Below are positions 21,087-30,174 of a stretch of 64,000 nt of DNA, one piece after another. This DNA comes from a virus. The notes under the pieces were generated by a model. The model was not told the DNA's origin, ran no database searches, and saw only the letters and a list, made by a program, of their open reading frames with translations. Numbering within the stretch: position 1 is the first letter of the stretch; every line of letters starts with the position of its first letter. The position numbers and the translations under genes were made by a program. The DNA is taken from positions 32,001 through 96,000 of IMG/VR virus record IMGVR_UViG_3300035698_031678; one strand, 5' to 3'.

Positions 21087-22280
21087 TTAGTCTAGACTTA
21101 CCGCACTGATATCTTCATAGTCAACGTCTTGAATTGCACCTTTCTTAGCATTATCAGTCTTAGCAGTCTTAAGTTCGGCAACATCCTCCTCTGCATCTGG
21201 AATAGCATCAGCATCTGGCATAGCAGCCGATTCACCTTTATTGTTATTTGCAGAAAAGTAACTTTTACCATAAGCAGAAAAGTAAATCTTGTCAAATAAT
21301 GCTGGATTACCAATGGTCTTCTTGATAGATTCAATGATATCATTTTCAGTATCAGTATCCCATTTTTTAGGCATGTAATCCTCTAAAACTGGGGTTTCAG
21401 CATTAAGGTAATTAAACATTCCTCTCATACCATCTTTGTCTTTCCACCACTCTCCTTCAACTTCATCAAAAGTTAATGGTGTAGCAGCATCAGCAAACAT
21501 ACTCTTATCGTAGTTCGTAATGGTCATTTTGTCGTCACTACCTTTTCTGTCCACTTGTTTCTGATTTATCTTTAGAATAAATCTGTGACCTTTGATTGGG
21601 TCAGAATACAGTTTAGAGCTAATTCCGTTTTCAGGATCACTCTTTAGTGCGCCATCAATCAATTCATCAACTTGCTTAGCAAATCTGAAAATCTTAATTT
21701 TGCCATTTAATTCTGGTTCTTGAGCATCCTTGATGATCTGGTAAGGGGCAAAATGGTAAAGTTTTCTGCTAAACAAACTTGCCATGTTTTGGAAAGCTAG
21801 TGAATCATGACCTCTGAGAGCAAAAAATGCTTTAGTAAGGATGTTATTTCTATCACCCCAAGCTCCAGCATCATCTACCATGATTCTACTGTCTAAATTG
21901 TTTGGGTTAGGTATCCAACTAACATACTTACTAACGATATTTGTTAGACTGTTGTTTTTGTTGGCTCTAGGGTTTTTTAAAAACCTACCAGTAGCATTGT
22001 ACTCCTTGTTCACAGCCTTTTCGTGATCTACACTTGGGGCATATAAATTAAGGTCTCCTTGATACTCCTGTACTATGTCTTCGCTCTTTAAATCTTCAGC
22101 GTCACTTTCGAAAAAATCTGAAAAATCTTCTTCCATGTCTACATCTTCAACTTTACCAGATGTTTGAGGATTCTCGTCATGTTTTTCTAGGGCTTCATCA
22201 GTTTTTCCTGGGATTGGTGCGCCAGTGTTCATTGATTCTGGAACTAATTCTTCTTTCACTTTTTTTGCTTGTTCACTCAT
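21087..22280 (-). CDS. single-stranded DNA-binding protein (T4 gp32-like)
   Basis: IIKDAQEPELNGKIKIFRF, GHRFILKI, NYDKSMF and an acidic C-terminal tail. Confidence 0.85.
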   Translation of the reverse strand: MSEQAKKVKEELVPESMNTGAPIPGKTDEALEKHDENPQTSGKVEDVDMEEDFSDFFESDAEDLKSEDIVQEYQGDLNLYAPSVDHEKAVNKEYNATGRFLKNPRANKNNSLTNIVSKYVSWIPNPNNLDSRIMVDDAGAWGDRNNILTKAFFALRGHDSLAFQNMASLFSRKLYHFAPYQIIKDAQEPELNGKIKIFRFAKQVDELIDGALKSDPENGISSKLYSDPIKGHRFILKINQKQVDRKGSDDKMTITNYDKSMFADAATPLTFDEVEGEWWKDKDGMRGMFNYLNAETPVLEDYMPKKWDTDTENDIIESIKKTIGNPALFDKIYFSAYGKSYFSANNNKGESAAMPDADAIPDAEEDVAELKTAKTDNAKKGAIQDVDYEDISAVSLD

Positions 22281-22331
22281 GTTTTCTAAATATTAGATTT
22301 GTTAACGTCGTTATATGGTAACGACAACCAG

Positions 22332-22363
22332 TAAATTAACTATTATATACTTAAGGTGTTTCA
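22332..22363 (-). promoter_or_regulatory. putative ECF-like phage promoter TGAAAC-N17-GTTAATTTA upstream of SSB
   Basis: Same boxes and spacing as the HU promoter. Confidence 0.6.
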
Positions 22364-23140
22364 AAATATATTATTGTTACTAAAAAATCTTTCTCCATCA
22401 GAATAAGTTATACCAACTATGTACTTATTACCAGTTCCTTTGTGTAAAATAGTTCTATCCATGTGGTAAGATTCCGTAAAAAGGCTTATAGTGTTGTAGG
22501 TAATGCTGTCAAACAAAGGTTCTGGTATTACCCTTATGTTTTGTATAAGGTCTGGCGAATTAATTTTAGACTTCATTTCTTTGATAGCTTTACAACAATC
22601 CAAAAAAGAAGATCTGTTAAAAAAATGTTCTCTACCATCTATAGCGTTCAAAACATGTATAGTAGTAAGCTTACCGAATAACTCAAATGCTAGTCCCATG
22701 TCTAAATTAAAATGCTCTTTAAGTTTGTCTTCTACGTAGTAATCTACATGACCTTGAACTAACTTTTCTTGGTGTGGTAGTAGACATCTTATTAAATGAG
22801 TGCCTTTATCGGAATGAGAGTAAATGTCTGTAACTTTAGCTATGTAAGACAAGTAAGTTTCTTGTAACTTAGTAAAACCAAATACTGTGGTCTCTTTTGT
22901 TATTAACTTGTTGTAAATTATTTTTTCCGTAAAGATATTGTTACCATTAATAACGAAAGACAATTCATCTAGTATGTAGTTTAAGTAGTTAGAATCTATG
23001 TCTTTTACAACTCTGCCTTCCGAAGTTTCTGTTTCAAAAAGAGTATTGATATATGGAAAGTTTTTGTAAAAATCATTAATTCTTGGATTCTTGCTGTTTT
23101 TGTCTATTAAAATCATTCTTACCTTTTTTAAATACACCAT
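22361..23140 (-). CDS. hypothetical protein (start probably MILIDK)
   Basis: 259-aa ORF. Confidence 0.6.
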   Translation of the reverse strand: MVYLKKVRMILIDKNSKNPRINDFYKNFPYINTLFETETSEGRVVKDIDSNYLNYILDELSFVINGNNIFTEKIIYNKLITKETTVFGFTKLQETYLSYIAKVTDIYSHSDKGTHLIRCLLPHQEKLVQGHVDYYVEDKLKEHFNLDMGLAFELFGKLTTIHVLNAIDGREHFFNRSSFLDCCKAIKEMKSKINSPDLIQNIRVIPEPLFDSITYNTISLFTESYHMDRTILHKGTGNKYIVGITYSDGERFFSNNNIF

Positions 23141-23648
23141 TACTATCTAAAGGATTAGCGTAGAGTTCTTTGGATAAAAAATTAATGTAGTCATAATTGG
23201 GTTTCCCAGAATCTATCATGGGTTGTATTATTCCTCCAATAAGTTGAACCTCTATATTTAAAGATATCATGTCAGAATAAGAATAACTTAACTCATACAA
23301 TTCTTTTTGAAGTTCTTGATAAAATTTTAATATCTCATTAATGTCTCTTCCACTTAAAATGTGAATCATATAATTCAAGTCAAAACAATTCCTTATGTTG
23401 GCTATTATAATCATCATTTCCAACATTCTAACATCTGTTTCAGAACTGTTAAATTCAGACATTTTGTATTTAGGTAAGATGTAATAAGACAAAGGGTAAT
23501 CATCAAAAAGGAAACCTTCGTCAAAGCTATCCTTGCTTACAGGCTTGCCATTTATACTTATTACACCAATGAAAGGAATATCATTGGTGCTAATTGGAAA
23601 ACCATCGTAAGTAGTGTTAGGTGTTATGTCACAATATAAAACATCCAA
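23076..23648 (-). CDS. hypothetical protein (TTG start)
   Basis: 190-aa ORF. Confidence 0.55.
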   Translation of the reverse strand: MDVLYCDITPNTTYDGFPISTNDIPFIGVISINGKPVSKDSFDEGFLFDDYPLSYYILPKYKMSEFNSSETDVRMLEMMIIIANIRNCFDLNYMIHILSGRDINEILKFYQELQKELYELSYSYSDMISLNIEVQLIGGIIQPMIDSGKPNYDYINFLSKELYANPLDSNGVFKKGKNDFNRQKQQESKN

Positions 23649-23687
23649 GTTTTTATAATTTTAAGAGTTATATAAAATAGAAAGTAC

Positions 23688-23719
23688 TTTAACCTTTTAA
23701 CCTTTTAACCTCTTAACCT
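23688..23719. repeat. 8-bp tandem repeat (TTTAACCT)x4
   Basis: TTTAACCT TTTAACCT TTTAACCT CTTAACCT read directly. Confidence 0.85.
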
Positions 23720-24031
23720 TTTTAATTTTCTTATTTTGTTTCTCCTGGACAAGGCGTTCATTGTAAAACTTTCAAATAAATCTACAGTAGTGTCGGACTT
23801 ACCTAACATCACCAACAGATCCATGAAATCATCTATAACATCTGTGTCTTCCATATCGACATCTTCACCCATTGGGTTAAAGTCAGGGTTTTTGGAATTG
23901 ATTTTTCCCCAACCTTTGTTAAAATCCTCAAGAATTTTATCTTTAATATCTTCTTCTTTGATTACTCTACCAGTAACGTTATTAATGGTGAATATTTCTG
24001 CAAGTTCTTTTTTAGAGTATTTTGACTTCAT
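23705..24031 (-). CDS. hypothetical acidic protein, possible internal head protein
   Basis: 108 aa with LFES motif, in the polyprotein operon. Confidence 0.55.
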   Translation of the reverse strand: MKSKYSKKELAEIFTINNVTGRVIKEEDIKDKILEDFNKGWGKINSKNPDFNPMGEDVDMEDTDVIDDFMDLLVMLGKSDTTVDLFESFTMNALSRRNKIRKLKRLRG

Positions 24032-24037
24032 TTTATT

Positions 24038-24310
24038 TTACTTTAAATAATCTGTAATGGTATCTACATCCCAACCTTCATCATTATCAGGTTTGCTTTC
24101 GACAACTTTTATTATCTGTGGTAAAGTCCAACCATCTTTAATAAGAAATTCTTTAACTTCTAGAACGTTTTCCATTTCGCTGGAACTATATTCTTCCATT
24201 ATGTTCGACAATTCCAATATAATATCGGATTTAGACCATTTGTTGCCTTCAAATTCTTCGTTTAATAATTTAACGTCTTTAGACTCAAGTAATTTTATTA
24301 ACACACTCAT
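24038..24310 (-). CDS. small acidic protein with N-terminal LLES/LLNE motifs, possible internal head protein
   Basis: MSVLIKLLESKDVKLLNEE N-terminus. Confidence 0.6.
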   Translation of the reverse strand: MSVLIKLLESKDVKLLNEEFEGNKWSKSDIILELSNIMEEYSSSEMENVLEVKEFLIKDGWTLPQIIKVVESKPDNDEGWDVDTITDYLK

Positions 24311-24315
24311 AGTTT

Positions 24316-27300
24316 TTATTTTAAAAAATCATCTATAGCTGAAGTAGCATCATCTGCAGCCTTGTTTAAATTTTTGGAAATATCTTCCTCAAAACCTTTT
24401 ATCTTTTCTTTATGGGCTTTGATTTGGTTTTCTAACTTTAACTTAACATCAACGTCTTCAGTTCTAGAAATTTCTTCCTCTTTTTCTGCAATTCTATTTC
24501 TCTGCTCTTTTATTTTAGATAAGATATTTGCTTCTGATTCTTTAGACTTTTGATCTTGTAGTGATTCAAGTTCAGAATCTATTTTGTCTAGTTCAGACTG
24601 CTTAGTGTCTTTGTCCAAGTTCTGATCTCCTGAAACGGTCTTTTTGTTATCTTTTAAAGACTTTATTTTTTCATCTAGAGCGGATTCGTTCATTGCATCA
24701 GAAACATTGTGCTTAACATTCATGGTTTCTAAGACTTCTTTGATTTTATCCATATCAGAATCAGAAACATTTTTGAAGACTAATTTTTTTCTATCTCCTT
24801 CTGACTTTTCAACTTCAGTACTTAAAATACCAGTCTCTATTATGTCTCCCATAAAATTATCTGCATCAGAAGCAGAATTAAAAGTTACGGTTCTATCGCT
24901 AGAATTTGACTCATCTAAACTTTTCACCAAGTTGTATCCATTGGTTTTAATGTCTAAATCCATTTCTTCCTTAGAATCAAATCTTTCAAGATGTAAGCCA
25001 TCGTTATCAAAAAGAAAATAATCTTCACCTTCTTTTTTCATGGTAACTCTGTTATCTTCATATAGCTCTTCAGAAATTTCATGACCAAAATTAGCATTCA
25101 ACATGTCTTTGTCTTCTTCTATAACAACGTCTGTACAATTTGACTCAAACAGAACTGTTTTTATTAGTGCTATTTCTCTATCGAAGAAACTTTCGTAGAG
25201 GTTGGTAAATTGATATGAATTCTTTGACTTTCTTGTTAATTTAATGTTACTACCATTAGGGTTTCTTTTGGCAATAGCTTCATTAAGGTGTGATACCAAA
25301 GAATCATCAGAATCATATTTAAAGGCTTCTAGCTTTTCACACTCAACTAAGATACCATAGAATCTTTCAATGTTATCATAGATAAGAGGATAATTAGCAA
25401 GCTCTTCTTTGTCTATCCAAGCGTGATCTTGAACTTCATCATCAGTATATTCTGTTTCTTGAGTAGTAATTTCACCCATAAAGTAGTTAGATATACTACC
25501 TTCATCATTAGCGTATTCTCCAACTCTTACTGGATTTATAATGTCTAATCCTACTTCCTCTTTACATTCTCTAATGCAACCTTCTATAGATGTTTCGCCA
25601 GTCATTACTTTACCACCTGGAAAACCCCATTTACTAGGTTCAAAGTCAGATTCTGAAGATCTTTGCATTAACAAATATTTTCCTTGTTGATCTCTGACAA
25701 TCATATCAGCGTAAATTTGCATTGGAGAATCTATACCCATTTCTAATGCTGCTTCACTAAGGTCTTTAGCGTGTTTTTTAGCATAGTTTAGCCCTTCTTT
25801 TATACCAACATTTTCTTTTATAACCTGACCTATTTTACCACCTTCATAAGGGTGTAAGTCAAATTTACTAGAAGACTGGCTTCTGATTTTAAAGTAGAAC
25901 TCTCTACCAGATTCGTCTTTGATAGTTACATCTTTACCTGAATCACCTTGGGTATTAGATGTTTGGGTAAACTTAGATTCGTTTAAGTTACCTTTTACTA
26001 TTTTGCTAAGCTCCTCTTCATCTAACCAAATGTTTATTGGTCTACCTTCATTCATTTTAAAAACACAACTTACGTCTCCGATTTTACCGACTCTAACTAC
26101 TTCGTTATTACCGATTTTTTGTGGTGGAGTTTTGAAACTTGTTATGTTGAAGTTGAAGTGTTTGTTTATTTCTTCTACAGTTTCTAACTTGGATTCAGAA
26201 TCGTCTAAGGCAAAAATGCAAATAGGGTCTACTATCTCAAGTGTATTAATAACAAAGTCTATAAATTCTTCTTGATTTTCTTTAATCAGAGCATACTCTT
26301 CTAAAGTGTGATAAGAAACTATTGTGCCATTGTATATCTTAGTGAAGCTTTCATCAATGTCAGAAAGGTCACTTTTAACCTTAAATAAGTAGTCAGTCAT
26401 ATAAACACTACCACTTTTAGTAGTTACAAGGTTTTCATCAACAGATTTAACTGTAAACAATGTATTTGGATGATCTGAATGACCGACCAGGTCACCAGCT
26501 CTTATTTTGCTTTTAGTACCAACCATTTTTGAATTGACATCAAGATTTAAAGGTGGATTTACTGGGTCAATATTCCATTCTTTAAAGCTTTTTGATTCTG
26601 ACATGTTCAATGTGTTAGCCAGAGTTAGGTCAAATTTCAGAACGCCATCTTTTAAAGAAAAAACGTAATATCCCTTAACTAACAGGTTTAATTTTTTAGC
26701 CCAGACTTTAATTTCATTCTTTATCTCCTTACCCAATTTAGTAGAAAAGAATCTTTCACCATAGGGAGTGTTGTAATTTTCAGATTTTTTAATATCAATA
26801 TCAAAACGATATACTAAATTAACCTTAGAACTATCGTTAACAAGTTCGCCATTTACATTACCAGTCTCTGAGGTGTTACCAATTTTATCTTTTAAACCAT
26901 TAATATTTGATTTAACCAAGTCTTGAGCCTTAGTAAGGTTTTTAGAAATTATTTTTTCAACATCTTTAATTTGATCTTCTATTACTTTTTTAAAAGAGTT
27001 TTTATGTCCATCAAATCCAACAGATTTCTTACCATACCAATCATCCATACTTTCAGGCAAGTTTTTCTGGTAATTTAAAAAAGGGACTCTGAAAGTTTCT
27101 AGAATTTCATTAATCCCTAAACCATTTGATAAATGTTCAACATACAAAGATTTTAAAGTAGATTTTGAGTTAAGAGTAGAATTTGAAAACACACTACTAA
27201 AGAATTCTTCATGGTTATTTTTAGAATTTCTAGATTCTAGTAACTCACCATATCCAACTGCATTACCTCTGTTTGCCATAGCTCCAGCAGCTGCTCCATC

Positions 27301-28389
27301 AGTTTCGTCTAAACGATCATATTCATCATTGAAGTTTAAGCCATACTTTTTGTAAAATAGATCGTATGACTCTTCATTTCTTTCTTCCTGACCATCAAAT
27401 TCATCAGGATCTACCCCATCTAATAAAGGTAAGTATGCATCTTCTAGGTCTGAAATACTGTTAAAAGTCTTTTTAGACTCGAAAAGGTTGGTAATTCTGT
27501 TTTCTTTTAGCTCACCAAGTATAAGAACGGTTTTTTTAGAAGATCTTGATTCTGATAACCTTTGAGCAGCGAAAACGTTTCTGTTTATTAGTTTATTTTT
27601 TAAAATTTTAACAGCAGATTCATTTAAATTAAGAAGATTGTCTTCATATTTGTCTAGTATGGCAGCTTTGATTTCTTCTTCTGAACCTGAATCGTCAAGA
27701 CCCATTTCAGCAGCCATAACTTCAATTTCAAACAGGTTTAAAGACTCTAAGTGTCTTTTAAGGCTATCAGGATCTTTGAACTTTGATTCATTTAAACCTA
27801 GAAATTCTTTTCCTTTTTTAGATATGGCATATTGCTCTATACCCATCACTGTATTGTTCATGATAAAGTCTTTACTTTGGGCTTTGTCAATCAGTTCTTT
27901 TGGAAATTCTCTATTAATTTTAGACTGGAATATTCTATCATCAACATTATCTGGTGTGATTGCGTGGAGAAGTTTAATAAGGTCTTTGTCCGAATCAGCA
28001 GATTCATTTAAGTCCATAAATTCTTTCCCCATCATGGATATAGCATATTGTTCTATGCCCATCACTTTATTGTTCATGATAAAGTCTCTACTTTGGGCTT
28101 TATCTATAAGTTCTTTTGGAAATTCTATGTCAATTTTAGATTTAAATATTCTATCATCAACATCATTTGGAGTAATTGCGTGAAGAAGTTTGATCATGTT
28201 TTTGTCTGAATCATTCGATTCGTTTAAACCGCCTACGCCTTTTATACCTTTTTCTTTTAAAAAGAATTTAATCTCTTCTTCAGCATCTTCTTTAGACATT
28301 ATAGAAATTTCATCTTGTATCAACATCCATTCATCAAATAATCGAGGATAATTGTTAGCTATGTCTAAGTTTATGAGTTCTATATTCAT
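24316..28389 (-). CDS. multidomain putative internal head polyprotein with Nudix hydrolase domain
   Basis: Nudix box GGKVMTGETSIEGCIRECKEEVGL; two wHTH-like repeats; SAP/HeH-like and SH3-like modules; repeated LNES-type motifs. Confidence 0.8.
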   Translation of the reverse strand: MNIELINLDIANNYPRLFDEWMLIQDEISIMSKEDAEEEIKFFLKEKGIKGVGGLNESNDSDKNMIKLLHAITPNDVDDRIFKSKIDIEFPKELIDKAQSRDFIMNNKVMGIEQYAISMMGKEFMDLNESADSDKDLIKLLHAITPDNVDDRIFQSKINREFPKELIDKAQSKDFIMNNTVMGIEQYAISKKGKEFLGLNESKFKDPDSLKRHLESLNLFEIEVMAAEMGLDDSGSEEEIKAAILDKYEDNLLNLNESAVKILKNKLINRNVFAAQRLSESRSSKKTVLILGELKENRITNLFESKKTFNSISDLEDAYLPLLDGVDPDEFDGQEERNEESYDLFYKKYGLNFNDEYDRLDETDGAAAGAMANRGNAVGYGELLESRNSKNNHEEFFSSVFSNSTLNSKSTLKSLYVEHLSNGLGINEILETFRVPFLNYQKNLPESMDDWYGKKSVGFDGHKNSFKKVIEDQIKDVEKIISKNLTKAQDLVKSNINGLKDKIGNTSETGNVNGELVNDSSKVNLVYRFDIDIKKSENYNTPYGERFFSTKLGKEIKNEIKVWAKKLNLLVKGYYVFSLKDGVLKFDLTLANTLNMSESKSFKEWNIDPVNPPLNLDVNSKMVGTKSKIRAGDLVGHSDHPNTLFTVKSVDENLVTTKSGSVYMTDYLFKVKSDLSDIDESFTKIYNGTIVSYHTLEEYALIKENQEEFIDFVINTLEIVDPICIFALDDSESKLETVEEINKHFNFNITSFKTPPQKIGNNEVVRVGKIGDVSCVFKMNEGRPINIWLDEEELSKIVKGNLNESKFTQTSNTQGDSGKDVTIKDESGREFYFKIRSQSSSKFDLHPYEGGKIGQVIKENVGIKEGLNYAKKHAKDLSEAALEMGIDSPMQIYADMIVRDQQGKYLLMQRSSESDFEPSKWGFPGGKVMTGETSIEGCIRECKEEVGLDIINPVRVGEYANDEGSISNYFMGEITTQETEYTDDEVQDHAWIDKEELANYPLIYDNIERFYGILVECEKLEAFKYDSDDSLVSHLNEAIAKRNPNGSNIKLTRKSKNSYQFTNLYESFFDREIALIKTVLFESNCTDVVIEEDKDMLNANFGHEISEELYEDNRVTMKKEGEDYFLFDNDGLHLERFDSKEEMDLDIKTNGYNLVKSLDESNSSDRTVTFNSASDADNFMGDIIETGILSTEVEKSEGDRKKLVFKNVSDSDMDKIKEVLETMNVKHNVSDAMNESALDEKIKSLKDNKKTVSGDQNLDKDTKQSELDKIDSELESLQDQKSKESEANILSKIKEQRNRIAEKEEEISRTEDVDVKLKLENQIKAHKEKIKGFEEDISKNLNKAADDATSAIDDFLK
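27785..28228 (-). repeat. 216-bp (72-aa) tandem duplication inside the polyprotein
   Basis: GATTC of the LNES codons recurs at 27785, 28001 and 28217; near-identical translated units. Confidence 0.9.
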
Positions 28390-28390
28390 C

Positions 28391-29137
28391 TTAAAGGTTA
28401 ATTTTTGTAAATTTGTTATTACCAGATCTAAAGATAAGTGTTTTACCTTCGTTTACTTTAATGGATTGTTTAGATTGCAAAACTTTCATTTTAGCAACGC
28501 TAATGCTTTCTAATAATGCTGACATGTTAACTGGGTCTCTCCTTATACTGCTCATTAGAACTCTACCCATCATACTCTTCTCTCCATTTTTAACAGCATC
28601 CTGGTAAATGGTTTCTCTCATAGTGTAATCGTAAGAGCTTGGATAATGTCCAGTAGATAAACCGTATAGTGCTAGTATACTATTCTCATCCATCTGATTA
28701 AAAACAGCATCTTTTATTTCTGAATTCTCTACTATGCCTTCGTTTAGTTGCATTTGAACCTCTCTCTGGTAAACAGGATAGTGCATCAAGCATTGAGTTG
28801 CTCTAGTTGTTACAACCAAATTCCAGGTTTCGCAATTTTCTGGGTCGAAGTTTGGACAAAGCATGTCCACAGAGTTGTGGAAATGAACTAGTGTGTCGTT
28901 TATTGCCCCTAATAATTTGTCTGACATAAGATCTATCTCAAAACTAGCGTAGTTGGATATAAACTTTAATACAGAATCTACACTTGCAAATTTAGAATTT
29001 ATCAAGTGTCCTAAATTAGCATAACATTCTTCTGTTATCTTATCAGTTTTTTCGTAAACTCTTAAGGATTTAGGATCAAGATTTAATAAAAATATTTCCT
29101 CACCAAAAGAATTAATAATAGAGGTAACATCTACCAT
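28391..29137 (-). CDS. hypothetical late protein
   Basis: 248 aa; AATAAATA at 29154-29161 (minus); LNEG/LLES/VNEG motifs. Confidence 0.6.
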   Translation of the reverse strand: MVDVTSIINSFGEEIFLLNLDPKSLRVYEKTDKITEECYANLGHLINSKFASVDSVLKFISNYASFEIDLMSDKLLGAINDTLVHFHNSVDMLCPNFDPENCETWNLVVTTRATQCLMHYPVYQREVQMQLNEGIVENSEIKDAVFNQMDENSILALYGLSTGHYPSSYDYTMRETIYQDAVKNGEKSMMGRVLMSSIRRDPVNMSALLESISVAKMKVLQSKQSIKVNEGKTLIFRSGNNKFTKINL

Positions 29138-29171
29138 TGCGTTTTAATTTGGTTATTTATTTAACAAAAAT

Positions 29172-30173
29172 TTATGACCTAGCATCTTTTTCCATTTCCA
29201 CCCTTCGTTCTTCTATATCCTCTCTAGTTAAGTCCTGGTTATCTTCTTTGTCCGAAGTGATGTTCTTAAGGTCGTTAAGTAGGGCAGTTCTATCTCTAGT
29301 CTTAAAAGTTTCTCCAACCATTTCATAATCAGCATTTTCTGGAAGTTCTTCTGATTTTTTAAGCATGATATTTATTTCATGTTGGTCTTTCACTTTGCTT
29401 AGGTCTTCTATAACATCTTTTAAGGTAGTAGAAATAAAGCTGTTTATTTCTAAAACTAATTTTTGTTGCTGAGTAAAGCTTTCGTAAGTAGTTTTAGTAC
29501 CTATTCCACTCATTATTTCGGTAAAATATTTCATTATAACTTGCTTGGTAAGGTTTAACTGAACAAACATTAATGATAAAGACTCTGCAGATATTTGTAT
29601 TCTTTGTTTTACGTAAGAATTTTCTGCTATTATTTCTTTAGTTAGGTAGTGGTCAGAAACAGAAACTAATAACATCCTAGCTTTAATGGTAGCTGTTTCA
29701 TACCTGTCAGAAAAGTAATCTTCCCAAGTTTCTAGTAACTCATCTATATCTGTTTCAGGCATATCGTCATCCCCATTGCCATCAAAGCCAGAACTTTTAG
29801 AAGAACCCAGACTAGCAAATGCTTCAGTCTCGGTTAGTTTCTTCTTAAGTTTTTTATTAGTTACTTCTCCACTATTGTGAGAACTTATAATGTCGTCTAT
29901 GTCTGAATTAGTACCATAGTACTTAGGAACAAGATCGTTTTTGTCTACTATCATAACTTTATAGAACTTTATTCTATTAACGTTTTGTTTCTTAAATTTC
30001 TTTGCAGACTCTATGCTAGGAAACTCTAAGACATACTTCATCATAGTACCGTTCTTAGGCTTCATACTTATTTTGTGGTATTCACTCTTAGGTAGTTTGT
30101 ATGGGTCAGATACGTTATAGTCTTCACCACTAATTACCAATTCTTCTCTATCACCTTCTATTTTTAAGTTCAT
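29172..30173 (-). CDS. putative terminase small subunit-like protein
   Basis: Helical core ...TKTTYESFTQQQK... and C-terminal FKTRDRTALLNDL resemble the T4 gp16 layout; weak. Confidence 0.4.
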   Translation of the reverse strand: MNLKIEGDREELVISGEDYNVSDPYKLPKSEYHKISMKPKNGTMMKYVLEFPSIESAKKFKKQNVNRIKFYKVMIVDKNDLVPKYYGTNSDIDDIISSHNSGEVTNKKLKKKLTETEAFASLGSSKSSGFDGNGDDDMPETDIDELLETWEDYFSDRYETATIKARMLLVSVSDHYLTKEIIAENSYVKQRIQISAESLSLMFVQLNLTKQVIMKYFTEIMSGIGTKTTYESFTQQQKLVLEINSFISTTLKDVIEDLSKVKDQHEINIMLKKSEELPENADYEMVGETFKTRDRTALLNDLKNITSDKEDNQDLTREDIEERRVEMEKDARS

Positions 30174-30174
30174 T

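Noticed and set aside
23076-23140. A AAA AAG slippery heptamer in the overlap of two ORFs
   Set aside because: The motif promotes -1 shifting but the downstream ORF is in the +1 frame and has its own ATG
24362-28183. Several + strand ORFs opposite the 1357-aa gene
   Set aside because: Ser/Leu-rich shadows of a Glu/Lys-rich protein
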